Source: a virus
Taxonomy: Duplodnaviria > Caudoviricetes
Direction: 5' to 3' (one strand)
DNA: 52,189 bases
Virus record (IMG/VR): IMGVR_UViG_3300040960_002552
Span: 1 to 52,189 of that record
The position numbers and the translations under genes were made by a program. The first letter of the stretch is position 1; each line of letters opens with the position of its first letter. A model generated the notes under the pieces. It was not told the origin of the DNA. It worked only from the letters and a program-made list of their open reading frames with translations, and searched no databases. Shown piece by piece: positions 16,246 through 25,042 of this stretch.

Positions 16246-17511
16246 CTACGGGTAGACTCCGTTCAGTTGAAGTTCCGTAGACTCAACGATAAACATATCG
16301 AGGCTTGTTTGTCTTACGGACACATTTATCAAATAATCTCCAACTAAGTCAGTCCCGTTAAAGCCCGACGTAGCGGCTAACGAGGTAGGCTGAATGTTTC
16401 GTTCAATATTTAAGCCAGTAGGTGCGGTAGAAGATCCGTTAGTAGTTCCGTTTATACCAACAGTAATCGCTCCGTGTATAGCAGCAGGGAGAGTGAACTG
16501 CCTAGCAGATGCTTGTGCAACAGGAGGGTTAGTGCTATATGCGGCATACTTGTAAGATATGTCTTGTCGTTTTGGACGGGGTAGCAACGTCGAAGAGGAC
16601 AATATGGAGTTTACTTTTGTTTCTGGGTTTGTAGTTAGGGTTCTTTCGATTTTTGTTTTGAAAGGTCCAGAAGAGGGGGCGGTAACCGGGAACTCTGCCG
16701 TGCTGTCTTCACTATATTGCCCTATGTTATCCCCATTAGAATTAGACCCCGTAACCCAAGCAGAAACAAAATCAAAATCTACTGAGTCTAGTCTCTGAGG
16801 AATTCCTTCATACTTTTGAGATCCATAAATAGTCTCAAGATCTCTGTCGGCAATGGTTCCCCCACTATCCTTAATACTCTGATTAATAAGCACATCGTGA
16901 AAATTATTTCCGTGTCTTACTTCATTAGTGTCCCCTGGAGAGTTAGTGATACCTGCGCCCTCAAGGGTATATCCCGAAGGAACGACGGTCTTAGTTACCT
17001 TGATGTTTCCCTCTAGGTTTGCATCATACACGTAATCAACCGTTTGTGGAACTACAAATCTTCTTTGGACTGCTATGTAAATTCCAGATAAAGGATCTCC
17101 CACGCTTTTAATGGTATCCCCCACAAACCCATAGTCTGTAAACACGCTGTCTACTGTTCCGCCGGATGGGGGAGTCAAAGAAGACGGGTAATCGCTCCTT
17201 TTGATGATGTAAGTTCTAGTAAGCTCAGAACCATCCCGAAGCTCGTAATTATACGAATCCTGTGAGTCCCTAGTGGCTGCGTAATAATACCTGTAAAGCT
17301 GCCCCTCCGAACTGTCTTGCTGCACGTAGACAAGTTCATGATTGGGCCATTTAGTAGAGTCGGGATGGCTAGTTCCGTAAGCGGGTATATTCTTCCCCAC
17401 TCTCTGAGTATCTACCGTCTCATAAAATAGAATGTCAGCTACGTTAGGGCTGACAAAAGTAAGAACTCTTTGTCTTTTGGGAGCAGGTTGATTTCCAAAA
17501 TTGACGGGCAT
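16246..17511 (-). CDS. Putative tail/virion structural protein
   Basis: 421 aa, rich in Thr/Ser/Gly/Val, located in the late module. Confidence 0.6.
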   Translation of the reverse strand: MPVNFGNQPAPKRQRVLTFVSPNVADILFYETVDTQRVGKNIPAYGTSHPDSTKWPNHELVYVQQDSSEGQLYRYYYAATRDSQDSYNYELRDGSELTRTYIIKRSDYPSSLTPPSGGTVDSVFTDYGFVGDTIKSVGDPLSGIYIAVQRRFVVPQTVDYVYDANLEGNIKVTKTVVPSGYTLEGAGITNSPGDTNEVRHGNNFHDVLINQSIKDSGGTIADRDLETIYGSQKYEGIPQRLDSVDFDFVSAWVTGSNSNGDNIGQYSEDSTAEFPVTAPSSGPFKTKIERTLTTNPETKVNSILSSSTLLPRPKRQDISYKYAAYSTNPPVAQASARQFTLPAAIHGAITVGINGTTNGSSTAPTGLNIERNIQPTSLAATSGFNGTDLVGDYLINVSVRQTSLDMFIVESTELQLNGVYP

Positions 17512-17523
17512 ATCTAATCTATA

Positions 17524-17751
17524 TTAAGGCTGATAAGAACCCGATGAACTCGATGAACTCGATGAACCCGATGAACTCGATGAACTCGATGAACCCGATG
17601 AACTCGATGAACCCGAAGGACTCGATGAACTCGATGAACCCGATGAACTCGATGAACTCGATGAACTCGATGAACTCCCCCCACCTCCCGCGTTTCCAAT
17701 TAGTGTGGGGTTATCAACCCCATACAGAGTATTAGCTTTAGTCAACTTCAT
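17524..17751 (-). CDS. Ser/Gly micro-protein (75 aa)
   Basis: MKLTKANTLYGVDNPTLIGNAGGGG then a Ser tract with SG dipeptides; own putative promoter. Confidence 0.7.
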   Translation of the reverse strand: MKLTKANTLYGVDNPTLIGNAGGGGSSSSSSSSSSSSGSSSSSSPSGSSSSSGSSSSSSSSGSSSSSSSSGSYQP

Positions 17752-17765
17752 TTCTCGTTGTGTTT

Positions 17766-17794
17766 AGTTTCCCCCTTTTCTACAAGAAGTGCAA
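17766..17794 (-). promoter_or_regulatory. Putative promoter
   Basis: TTGCAC-17 bp-GAAACT; same -10 variant as the capsid promoter. Confidence 0.45.
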
Positions 17795-17796
17795 GT

Positions 17797-18555
17797 CTAA
17801 ATGTAGTAAGGCAAGGGGCTTCCATCCTCTATTTGGCGGATAAATTCTCTCATCATAGGGTGTTCCCTATACTTCTCCCACCTCGTCTGTCCTGGGGAGG
17901 GGGGCTTTCCAAAAGATGAACCTCCTCCGTGCTTAGACTCTTTGTCCATTCCTAAGTTGTGAAACTGAATACCCAATTTAGTAGCCTTGGACCTCCTGTA
18001 TTCTTCACTACTAATCCAGTTCTCAAATTTAACTGCGGTGGTTTTCGGAGGGAGCGGGGTGTATTTGCGGTAGTGTTTTAGCATCTTGTAATAACCTGAT
18101 GGGTCAGTCCCAGTCATCCATTCCCCCCAAACTTTCAATGTATCCTCAGAGATAGAAAACTGAGATTTTGGCTGTTCCAGCCTAGCCAGCCTTGATGCAA
18201 ACACATCTTTTAAATCTCTAGTTACAAATACGTTTACCGAATCCACTCCAGTATCTAGCTCCCTAACCCATTTTGCCGCATCCCACTCTTCAAAACCCAA
18301 AACTAATGTCCCCGTTAATTTATCCAAAGGAGTCCTACAAGATTCTGGTAAGTCAGGCATTTCATTTCCTAAGTTAAACCGATTCCCTTTTATATCTGGC
18401 GAAGAATTTACAAAGTTCAAGTAAGTGAGTTGGTCTTCTCCCTCCTCGATTAAAGATGCAATTATCCAGTTCGTAATTGCATGAAGCCCTGACCTTTGAA
18501 GGCCAAATACTCGATACTCCCTTCGATGTTCAAACTTGATGTCCCTTATGTCCAT
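17797..18555 (-). CDS. Sulfotransferase-like protein
   Basis: VFGLQRSGLHAI (5'-PSB-like loop), VTRDLKDVFASR (3'-PB-like), VKFE, GGGSSF. Confidence 0.7.
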   Translation of the reverse strand: MDIRDIKFEHRREYRVFGLQRSGLHAITNWIIASLIEEGEDQLTYLNFVNSSPDIKGNRFNLGNEMPDLPESCRTPLDKLTGTLVLGFEEWDAAKWVRELDTGVDSVNVFVTRDLKDVFASRLARLEQPKSQFSISEDTLKVWGEWMTGTDPSGYYKMLKHYRKYTPLPPKTTAVKFENWISSEEYRRSKATKLGIQFHNLGMDKESKHGGGSSFGKPPSPGQTRWEKYREHPMMREFIRQIEDGSPLPYYI

Positions 18556-18570
18556 GTTATAGTTTTCCCC

Positions 18571-19227
18571 ATGATAGTAAACATACTAGAAGATAATCAT
18601 AATATTTCAAAACCATTTAGGGATAAACTAGGCGTCAGTTCGCTAAAATCTAAGCGGATAGAAACTAATAACGCGATGGCTCTCACATCAGCGAGATTAT
18701 CAGAAGTTGCTTGTCTTCTAGCTAAGAAATATAAAATAGACTGCATCATCGAGACGGGAACTTTTCTGGGAAGGGGGACCACAACTTCTTTTGCTTTCAC
18801 AGGACTAGATGTTCACTCTTGTGAGACTAACTGGGTGTCTTACAATAAGGCTCTGGAAAACGTAGGATACCTACCTCATGTGTTCCTCAATCACGCGAAC
18901 TCCCTAGAACGAAAAGACATACCCAGCAACTGGGTTGAGAGAATACAAATTCAAAATGTAGCGGAAGAAGAAAACTGGCTGTCTAAAATACTCCAAGAGA
19001 AAAAAGACCAGCGTGTTATGGTAGGACTTGACTCAGGTGGACCTAACGGACAAAAGGAACTAGGCGTTATCTTAGAAGCTGCAAAAAGAGAGGGCAATAT
19101 AAAATGCCTTATTCTAGACGACCTCGATAGGATCAAACACAAGGAGTCCCCGAAGAGACTGCGTGATGAACTTGGTATAGACGTATATCAAGTCGAGGCG
19201 AGATGGGGCTTCGCAATAATTGACTAG
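18571..19227 (+). CDS. Class I SAM-dependent methyltransferase-like protein (copy 2)
   Basis: IIETGTFLGRGT, LDS, ILDD; 218 aa; start set by alignment to 2596-3252; TGnTATAGT ends 7 nt upstream. Confidence 0.75.
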   Translation: MIVNILEDNHNISKPFRDKLGVSSLKSKRIETNNAMALTSARLSEVACLLAKKYKIDCIIETGTFLGRGTTTSFAFTGLDVHSCETNWVSYNKALENVGYLPHVFLNHANSLERKDIPSNWVERIQIQNVAEEENWLSKILQEKKDQRVMVGLDSGGPNGQKELGVILEAAKREGNIKCLILDDLDRIKHKESPKRLRDELGIDVYQVEARWGFAIID

Positions 19228-19261
19228 GGGTTAGCTCCCGCGAACTACCGATCTAACTTTC

Positions 19262-19564
19262 TCAGTTAGCCCGACTGATATTATCTAAGTGCTTCTCAAT
19301 AGCTGAGAACAATTCGGCGCGTTGCTTCTGCTCTTCTGCTTCAATAGTCCTACGATGGAGTGCATCTGCCTCTAGGAAACCTACCCGGTCTTTGTAGCTG
19401 CTGAGTTCCCGCTCAATAGAGGCGAATCGAGCATCAACTTGATCTTGATACTCGCCCCATAGTAGCCAGGAGCAAACACCCAAGACAATGGCGAGTCCGA
19501 AGTAATTTACGGCCCAACGAAGTAGTTCGGGCTTTACCTCAGATACGGCTTGCGCCCAACTCAT
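19262..19564 (-). CDS. Membrane-anchored coiled-coil protein
   Basis: One TM segment (YFGLAIVLGVCSWLLW) followed by a helical region. Confidence 0.65.
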   Translation of the reverse strand: MSWAQAVSEVKPELLRWAVNYFGLAIVLGVCSWLLWGEYQDQVDARFASIERELSSYKDRVGFLEADALHRRTIEAEEQKQRAELFSAIEKHLDNISRAN

Positions 19565-19584
19565 GTCAGTCCCTCCTAGTTCCC

Positions 19585-19848
19585 TTAATTAACTGCTTTG
19601 TAAGCAATCACTGACCCAGTGTGGACGGTGAAGGATTTGATGCTTCCCAAGATAGTAAAACCAGCGGGGAAATGGACGTTGGAGTCAATGGTGTCTCCAT
19701 CCAGCGCATCCATCGTAATAGAAGTAAACTTGGTGTTACTGGTGACGCACTGAATAGCGCAGTATTCTCCACTGACTGGGCTTCCCGTCGTGCTAACGAA
19801 AGTTGCGCCGCCCCTACCTGCTGATTGTTTTTCGATGTCGTTTGTCAT
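19585..19848 (-). CDS. Small beta-rich virion-region protein
   Basis: 87 aa, FPAGFTILG...TGSVIAYK. Confidence 0.65.
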   Translation of the reverse strand: MTNDIEKQSAGRGGATFVSTTGSPVSGEYCAIQCVTSNTKFTSITMDALDGDTIDSNVHFPAGFTILGSIKSFTVHTGSVIAYKAVN

Positions 19849-19859
19849 GTTATCTAAAC

Positions 19860-20177
19860 TTAATACTTAGACGCGTTTTTTTCAACAGCTATAAGGAATC
19901 CCATAGGGCCGTCGTCGCTGTCGTAAACTCCGTCGTCTTCTTCCATAGACTCTCGTTCTTTCTGGCTGTTAACTACATAGTCGCGAACCGAATCAACGTA
20001 AGCGTTAGACAACGTAACTTTAGATTGAACCCATGCTTGGGATAGGAGAGAGCAGTTGGGGTGTTTATCTAAGTGCCTAAGCAGATCCACTACGTTAGCG
20101 TGGATGTTGCGAAGCTGCTGCTCCGCCATCTCCAGATCCTTAACTTCCCCATGATCTTTCTTGTCTGCGTAGTTCAT
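19860..20177 (-). CDS. Hypothetical protein
   Basis: 105 aa, AWVQSKVTL...YVDSV.DY motif; coupled to the upstream gene. Confidence 0.65.
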   Translation of the reverse strand: MNYADKKDHGEVKDLEMAEQQLRNIHANVVDLLRHLDKHPNCSLLSQAWVQSKVTLSNAYVDSVRDYVVNSQKERESMEEDDGVYDSDDGPMGFLIAVEKNASKY

Positions 20178-21136
20178 TACATATAGTCCCTGTAGATTTT
20201 AAGTGCTAGCTGGTTGTCTGTGAGGCCAGGATTTTCAGCTTTCGCTTTTTTCAAGATCTCCATTTTGCCTTTATCCATAGAAGACACGGGATCGAAGGAA
20301 CTGCCCATGATCATCTTAAACAGGCGACCTGCTTCCTCCTCATTCATATCTGGGACAGGCTCTGCGCGTGGTGTAAGCTTTGCGCGTGGTATAGGCTCTG
20401 CACGGAGTGTAGGCTCTTTGAATAAGGAGTCAGCTTTCTCAGCCGCTTCCTGCTCCACCCCTTGACGAGACTCGTAGTCACCTATACTCTCCTCAAATGC
20501 TTCCTCAAACCCAGCATCCGCGTCTCTTAGGCTTTTCTTGTAGCCCTTCCTTTCAGCTTTCTTCTCAGCCATTTCCTTGTCTTCTCTTGTGGCCCTAGCC
20601 CTAGTATTTCTTAGCTCACGCTCCAGAGATTTTTGGGTAGCTCTATTACGATCATTACGAGCGGCTCGCATAGCCTCTGGGTCGATTCCACCTAGCTCTC
20701 TCTGCAACTGCGCTGTATCGGAGTCTGCAACTGCTTGTTGTTCTGCGAGCCTTTTCTCTACCGCTTCGGTCATGCTCAACCCATATTCCGTTGGGTCATC
20801 TCTCACTTCAAACATACTACCCGCAGGAGCGGACGGGACATTTTCCCCTCTCTTTATCTCTCCCTGCCGAATGTCAAAGCGTTTTTGTTCCTCCGCTTTA
20901 ACCATTTCAGCCAGTGCCTTGAGTCGTTCTTCCGCTATCTTTTTATCAGCGGCATACCTTTCCCGCCCTTCTCTAGTCCCCATAAGGTAGGCGAAGCGTC
21001 CTGATTCTTTTTGAGCTACATCAGGGTTAAATGTTCTAGTTTGAGACTGTTCTTCAACAAAGTTAGTGAGACTATCTGAGTCCAAACTGTTGAGTTTCTC
21101 TTGGATTCGCTTCTTTTGAGCAGTAGTGAAAGACAT
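20177..21136 (-). CDS. Charged helical hypothetical protein
   Basis: ATG at 21136 (MSFTTAQKK); Glu/Arg/Ala-rich. Confidence 0.7.
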   Translation of the reverse strand: MSFTTAQKKRIQEKLNSLDSDSLTNFVEEQSQTRTFNPDVAQKESGRFAYLMGTREGRERYAADKKIAEERLKALAEMVKAEEQKRFDIRQGEIKRGENVPSAPAGSMFEVRDDPTEYGLSMTEAVEKRLAEQQAVADSDTAQLQRELGGIDPEAMRAARNDRNRATQKSLERELRNTRARATREDKEMAEKKAERKGYKKSLRDADAGFEEAFEESIGDYESRQGVEQEAAEKADSLFKEPTLRAEPIPRAKLTPRAEPVPDMNEEEAGRLFKMIMGSSFDPVSSMDKGKMEILKKAKAENPGLTDNQLALKIYRDYM

Positions 21137-21151
21137 AATAATAGATAGTGA

Positions 21152-21190
21152 TTTTACAGGTAGCCCCATAACAGAGGCTACCTGCAAAAA
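21152..21190. other. Intergenic inverted repeat (stem-loop)
   Basis: ttttacaggtagcc ... ggctacctgcaaaa; no U-tract after the stem. Confidence 0.5.
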
Positions 21191-21192
21191 GT

Positions 21193-21381
21193 TTAGCTGA
21201 ATGTTACGCCGAGGGCTTCTCCAAGCTCCTGGACAGAGATAGTCTTAACCTTCTGCTCAGAGACATCAAAAACTTGAACGAGGTCTGCTCGCGCAACTTT
21301 TTCGGTGTCTGAAACGTCAGCGGTTGTGAGGTCGTCACCCGCAAGGGTTTCGATGGTTGGTGCGTCGTCTAGAGTAGGCAT
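21193..21381 (-). CDS. Small acidic protein after capsid (possible decoration protein)
   Basis: 62-aa ORF directly downstream of the major capsid gene. Confidence 0.65.
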   Translation of the reverse strand: MPTLDDAPTIETLAGDDLTTADVSDTEKVARADLVQVFDVSEQKVKTISVQELGEALGVTFS

Positions 21382-21407
21382 GGCATACTTAGGGTTAGCT
21401 ATAGCAA

Positions 21408-21434
21408 GAGAGGGGTGGGATTACCACCCCCCTC
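21408..21434 (-). terminator. Stem-loop after major capsid gene
   Basis: gagaggggtgg-gatta-ccacccccctc; weak U-tract. Confidence 0.5.
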
Positions 21435-21449
21435 AAACTAAGCGGGTTA

Positions 21450-22745
21450 TTACGCAGCGGGAGTTGTGGATGTCCGCTTGAACAAGATGACAAAACCGAA
21501 GTCGGTCTTGATTGGCTTCGTCGCGCTGGCGAGAACGCCACGGAAGAAACCGATAGTGCCATCGGGGTTGGTGATCTCGTTAGGGATGTTCGTCCACTTG
21601 AAGTCACCACGGTAGCTAACAGGATCGAAGGAGATACCTTGCGCTCCGCTGAACGGATTCGGGATCTGAGACTCACAAACGTGTGGGTGGATCACGAAAG
21701 CTGCTTCATATTCAGCAGAATCGTAAGCACTGTTTGGAGTGGTCACACCACTGGAAACCGTGTAAGGAAGAACGCGGGTAATCTGATCCGTATTCGCCAG
21801 AGTGAAGCGAGGAGCGAGGTCATCGACAAGGTGATAGAAACCACGGAAGGATTTCTCAACACCGAGGGGTGCGATGAGGTCGCTTACCTTGCTGTTGTTG
21901 TAACGAACATCGTCGCGGAAACCTGCTTCAGTCTGAAGCTGGTAGGAAGCCTCAGAACTCAGCACAAGGCCAAACACGGGGCGTCCGTTCTCACGACCAT
22001 AAGCCTCGCTACCTGCACCCTTGCGGACGAGGTTGAAGTAAGACTTATCGAGGAGAGCGTTAGAGATGTTGCTCGTTGGGACGGTGAAGGAACCAGCAGT
22101 GCCGAGATCGACTGTGCCAGTAAGCTCAGTGCCTTCAAAACCGGACTGAATAGCCGTTCCAGAAGCAACAGCACCGATGTAGCTGTCAGAGACTTTCGAG
22201 AACTCATCACGGTAGCGATTCTCCCAAGTGTATCGGGAAGACTCAGCCATGTTGTCCATGATAGCACGAAGCTGTTCCTGACGGTGAGCGGCGAATCGGA
22301 GGTCTTCCAGCGAGATGCGTGGAGACTCGATCACTGCGCGGTCGATGTTGTATTTTTTAAGCTGCTTGGAGAACTGAACATACGAACGATTGTCGGTAGC
22401 ACCAGTTCCGCGACCACCCTGGACATCATCAGCAGCGTCCTTGAGGGGCTGTCCGAGGTCAGAGGTGTCAAACGCATTAGCGGCAGCATTCAGAGTTCCG
22501 AGTGCAGACCAGTTAACACCAGCAGTATCACCAGCAGAGTCGGTAGTCGGGATAGCCCGGTCATAGACGAGGGTGCTGAGTTGATAGCCCATCCCGTCTG
22601 GGAAGGCAGTTTGCTTCATCAGATCCATCCATGCAGAAGTGTGGAGGGTCCGAGTGTATACGTCTTGGTTGATTCGGTTGGCTTCTTCAGCCAGAATCGT
22701 GTTAATTGCAGTGGTTCCTGCGGAACCGAGGTCAAATGTTGACAT
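21450..22745 (-). CDS. Major capsid protein
   Basis: 431 aa after portal and scaffold; own promoter and downstream hairpin; biased codon use. Confidence 0.8.
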   Translation of the reverse strand: MSTFDLGSAGTTAINTILAEEANRINQDVYTRTLHTSAWMDLMKQTAFPDGMGYQLSTLVYDRAIPTTDSAGDTAGVNWSALGTLNAAANAFDTSDLGQPLKDAADDVQGGRGTGATDNRSYVQFSKQLKKYNIDRAVIESPRISLEDLRFAAHRQEQLRAIMDNMAESSRYTWENRYRDEFSKVSDSYIGAVASGTAIQSGFEGTELTGTVDLGTAGSFTVPTSNISNALLDKSYFNLVRKGAGSEAYGRENGRPVFGLVLSSEASYQLQTEAGFRDDVRYNNSKVSDLIAPLGVEKSFRGFYHLVDDLAPRFTLANTDQITRVLPYTVSSGVTTPNSAYDSAEYEAAFVIHPHVCESQIPNPFSGAQGISFDPVSYRGDFKWTNIPNEITNPDGTIGFFRGVLASATKPIKTDFGFVILFKRTSTTPAA

Positions 22746-22937
22746 GGTAAGAAAAAATAATTTGGGGTTAGTCCAAACACCTATTTTTTAGATGCCTGTG
22801 TTGTCCAATCAAGGTTTCTTAGGACTGCTTATAAGGCCAGAACAACCACCTAGTTTGGTAAAAGTCGTAGTATTAATTTAAGTAATAGGACTAATTAAAG
22901 GCTAGAACAACCTACTTAAATTAAATTAACTTATAAA

Positions 22938-22966
22938 AGTTTCCCATATAGTCTTGATTTTGTCAA
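22938..22966 (-). promoter_or_regulatory. Promoter for major capsid gene
   Basis: TTGACA-17 bp-GAAACT, about 190 nt upstream of the ATG. Confidence 0.6.
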
Positions 22967-23006
22967 ATAAGCCCACCTTATCTTCCCTCAAATTAAAATA
23001 CCTAAT

Positions 23007-23044
23007 AAAAAAGCCCCCAACCCATTACAGGAAGGGGGCTTTTT
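23007..23044. terminator. Bidirectional-type intrinsic terminator after scaffold gene
   Basis: aaaaaagccccc ... gggggcttttt. Confidence 0.7.
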
Positions 23045-23066
23045 GTTAATTAGGAGTTAAGTTTTA

Positions 23067-24302
23067 TTAACCAACTCCTGATAGTCTTTGGCTAATGGCA
23101 TCCTCGAAAGAAACATTTGACCCAGCAGAATTAGCAACTCTACCGGAATCCGGCACTGATCCGCTAGTTCCAGGCTCTGCTTCTTCATACTCCGCAAGCC
23201 TGTCGGTGAGGTTTTCTAGTTCTGCTTGCAAGGCACTGTATTCTTTTACCAAGGAGGGCAGCATTTGGGCCGCTACCGCGTTGTAGGCTGCATCCACTGG
23301 GTGGATAACGGCAGGGTCAGTGCCAGCCGCTTTTTCAGTGATTGCATCGAAGTCAATCCCCTCAAATCCAGCCAGAAACGGAACCTTCTCTTTGACTCTC
23401 CCCACTACGTTTCTCGTAACTACTTGGCGTTCTTGCGCTTTCTCAGCCGCTTGTTGGTTCTGCCTCTGCTCCTCCAAGTTTTGAGCTTCATAGTAGGCTT
23501 CCTCCAGGTTATTAATCATATTTGACCTGTGATCCAAGATAGGGTTGATGTCCTCCAACACCCTGTAAATCTTAGCTTTGTCTCTGTCGGAAACATCCTC
23601 TAAGATTTCAGACAATGCCTCATCTTGGTCCTCCCCCTCATCCATAGAGATAACGTCAATAAGCGCATCTGAATCAATGTCGTAATGGTCCGCGACCTGT
23701 TCCGCTTTATTCAATAGCTCAAGAAGAGGCGCAGTAACTGTTTCCTGATAGCTAGTGGTGTTCTCCAAGTCGGTGAACATCTTCTGCTGTTCATACTCAG
23801 CAAGCTGTTCACGCATCGTTTCGATGTCCTCATTATCAACTGCGCCACTCAGTTCTTGAATCTTACTCTCATATTCTGTGGTCCGCTGCCGAAGTTCGTC
23901 CACCTCTGATCGAAGAACCTTTCTTTCCTCTTTGAGTTGCTTAAAACGCCTAGCAGCTTTTGGAGTCCAATCGGCAGTGTCCTGAGTTTCCAAGTCATTG
24001 GTGGGGTCAAAATCATTTTCGGACTCTTCGGACTCTTGAGCTTCTTCCCCCTCCGCTAAAGGCTCAGAGGACTCTTCTTCCGTCTCTGCTTCCGGGGCTT
24101 CAGATTCCGGTTGCGGGACTTGGGGTTCGGATTCGGGAACTTCTGGTTCGGGTTGGGCTTCTTCAACGGGGTTATCCAAGCGGTCTAACGCCTCTTCAAA
24201 TGCTTGCGAGAAAGAGTTTTCCACTCCTCCTACATCAAGGTCTGCTTCATTTAATTGTGGCTCCGACTCTGCGGCGAAGTCCATTACGGCTTGTTCACTC
24301 AT
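23067..24302 (-). CDS. Capsid scaffolding protein (putative)
   Basis: Very acidic, coiled-coil, between portal and capsid genes. Confidence 0.7.
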   Translation of the reverse strand: MSEQAVMDFAAESEPQLNEADLDVGGVENSFSQAFEEALDRLDNPVEEAQPEPEVPESEPQVPQPESEAPEAETEEESSEPLAEGEEAQESEESENDFDPTNDLETQDTADWTPKAARRFKQLKEERKVLRSEVDELRQRTTEYESKIQELSGAVDNEDIETMREQLAEYEQQKMFTDLENTTSYQETVTAPLLELLNKAEQVADHYDIDSDALIDVISMDEGEDQDEALSEILEDVSDRDKAKIYRVLEDINPILDHRSNMINNLEEAYYEAQNLEEQRQNQQAAEKAQERQVVTRNVVGRVKEKVPFLAGFEGIDFDAITEKAAGTDPAVIHPVDAAYNAVAAQMLPSLVKEYSALQAELENLTDRLAEYEEAEPGTSGSVPDSGRVANSAGSNVSFEDAISQRLSGVG

Positions 24303-24606
24303 TACTTAGGCTTATGTGCGCCCACTCTTGGGGCAGTTTATTTTGTGTTGTTTTGGGCTGGGTTAGTTTTTCCAGATCCTGGAAAGCGTCTCGATACCCA
24401 GCATACCACGCTTGTTTCATGGCATTAGCTTCTGGGTCTGAAGATAAAGTTGCGAAAGTAGGTCCAGCCGCTTCCTTCAATGTCGCGGCGGCAAGTTTGA
24501 AAACATCACTATCTAGCATCTCACGCAGTTCTGCGGGAGCCGCCATATCTCTAAACCACTGTTCAATCGGTATTGGTGGCTTCATTTTTCTATTTAATTT
24601 ACTCAT
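24295..24606 (-). CDS. Small head-region protein
   Basis: 103 aa, between portal and scaffold. Confidence 0.65.
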   Translation of the reverse strand: MSKLNRKMKPPIPIEQWFRDMAAPAELREMLDSDVFKLAAATLKEAAGPTFATLSSDPEANAMKQAWYAGYRDAFQDLEKLTQPKTTQNKLPQEWAHISLSNE

Positions 24607-24611
24607 TTATT

Positions 24612-25010
24612 TTAACTACGTGCTTTTTTACTAGCTTTCTGTGCGGCGGCTGTATTTTTCACAAACTGCTTTCCTTTTCTCATGCCCTCTCTCTTCTTTC
24701 TGCTAGTGGCAGCATACTCAGAAGCTGAAAGAGATTTTATTGCCTTCTCAGGTAAATATCTTTCGCCCGTAGCCTTTGGGCCTTGGGTAGATGGTTTCCC
24801 ACTCTTAGTTCGCCATTTCTGCTTTGTCCACTTACTAAGAGACTTTTGTGATTTTTTCTTTCCCCCTTTGTAGCCCCCTCCAGCGGCCTTATACTTCTGG
24901 GCGACTATCTGCGCCTTACGAGCAGACCACTGCCCCGGCTTTCCTCCTTTTCCAGAAGCCTTGACCCTTTGGATTATTCTCTTCCGCAGTCCTGGTTTAG
25001 TGTATGCCAT
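24612..25010 (-). CDS. DUF5872-like basic protein
   Basis: YTKP.LR...GGKPGQWSARKAQ...YK..GGGY...SL.KWT.QKW.TKSG...ERYLP. Confidence 0.75.
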   Translation of the reverse strand: MAYTKPGLRKRIIQRVKASGKGGKPGQWSARKAQIVAQKYKAAGGGYKGGKKKSQKSLSKWTKQKWRTKSGKPSTQGPKATGERYLPEKAIKSLSASEYAATSRKKREGMRKGKQFVKNTAAAQKASKKARS

Positions 25011-25042
25011 CTTATTTGTCAGTTCCCCCCTACTGGAGTCAC

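Noticed and set aside
17514-17735. Poly-HRV and poly-MNS ORFs
   Set aside because: Alternative frames of the Ser/Gly repeat
21395-21676. Frameshift extension of the capsid protein
   Set aside because: No clear slippery site near the stop, and the alternative frame ends shortly after, beyond a hairpin
21639-22742. 367-aa + strand ORF antisense to the major capsid gene
   Set aside because: Shadow ORF expected from the biased codon use of a highly expressed gene; no motifs or expression signals
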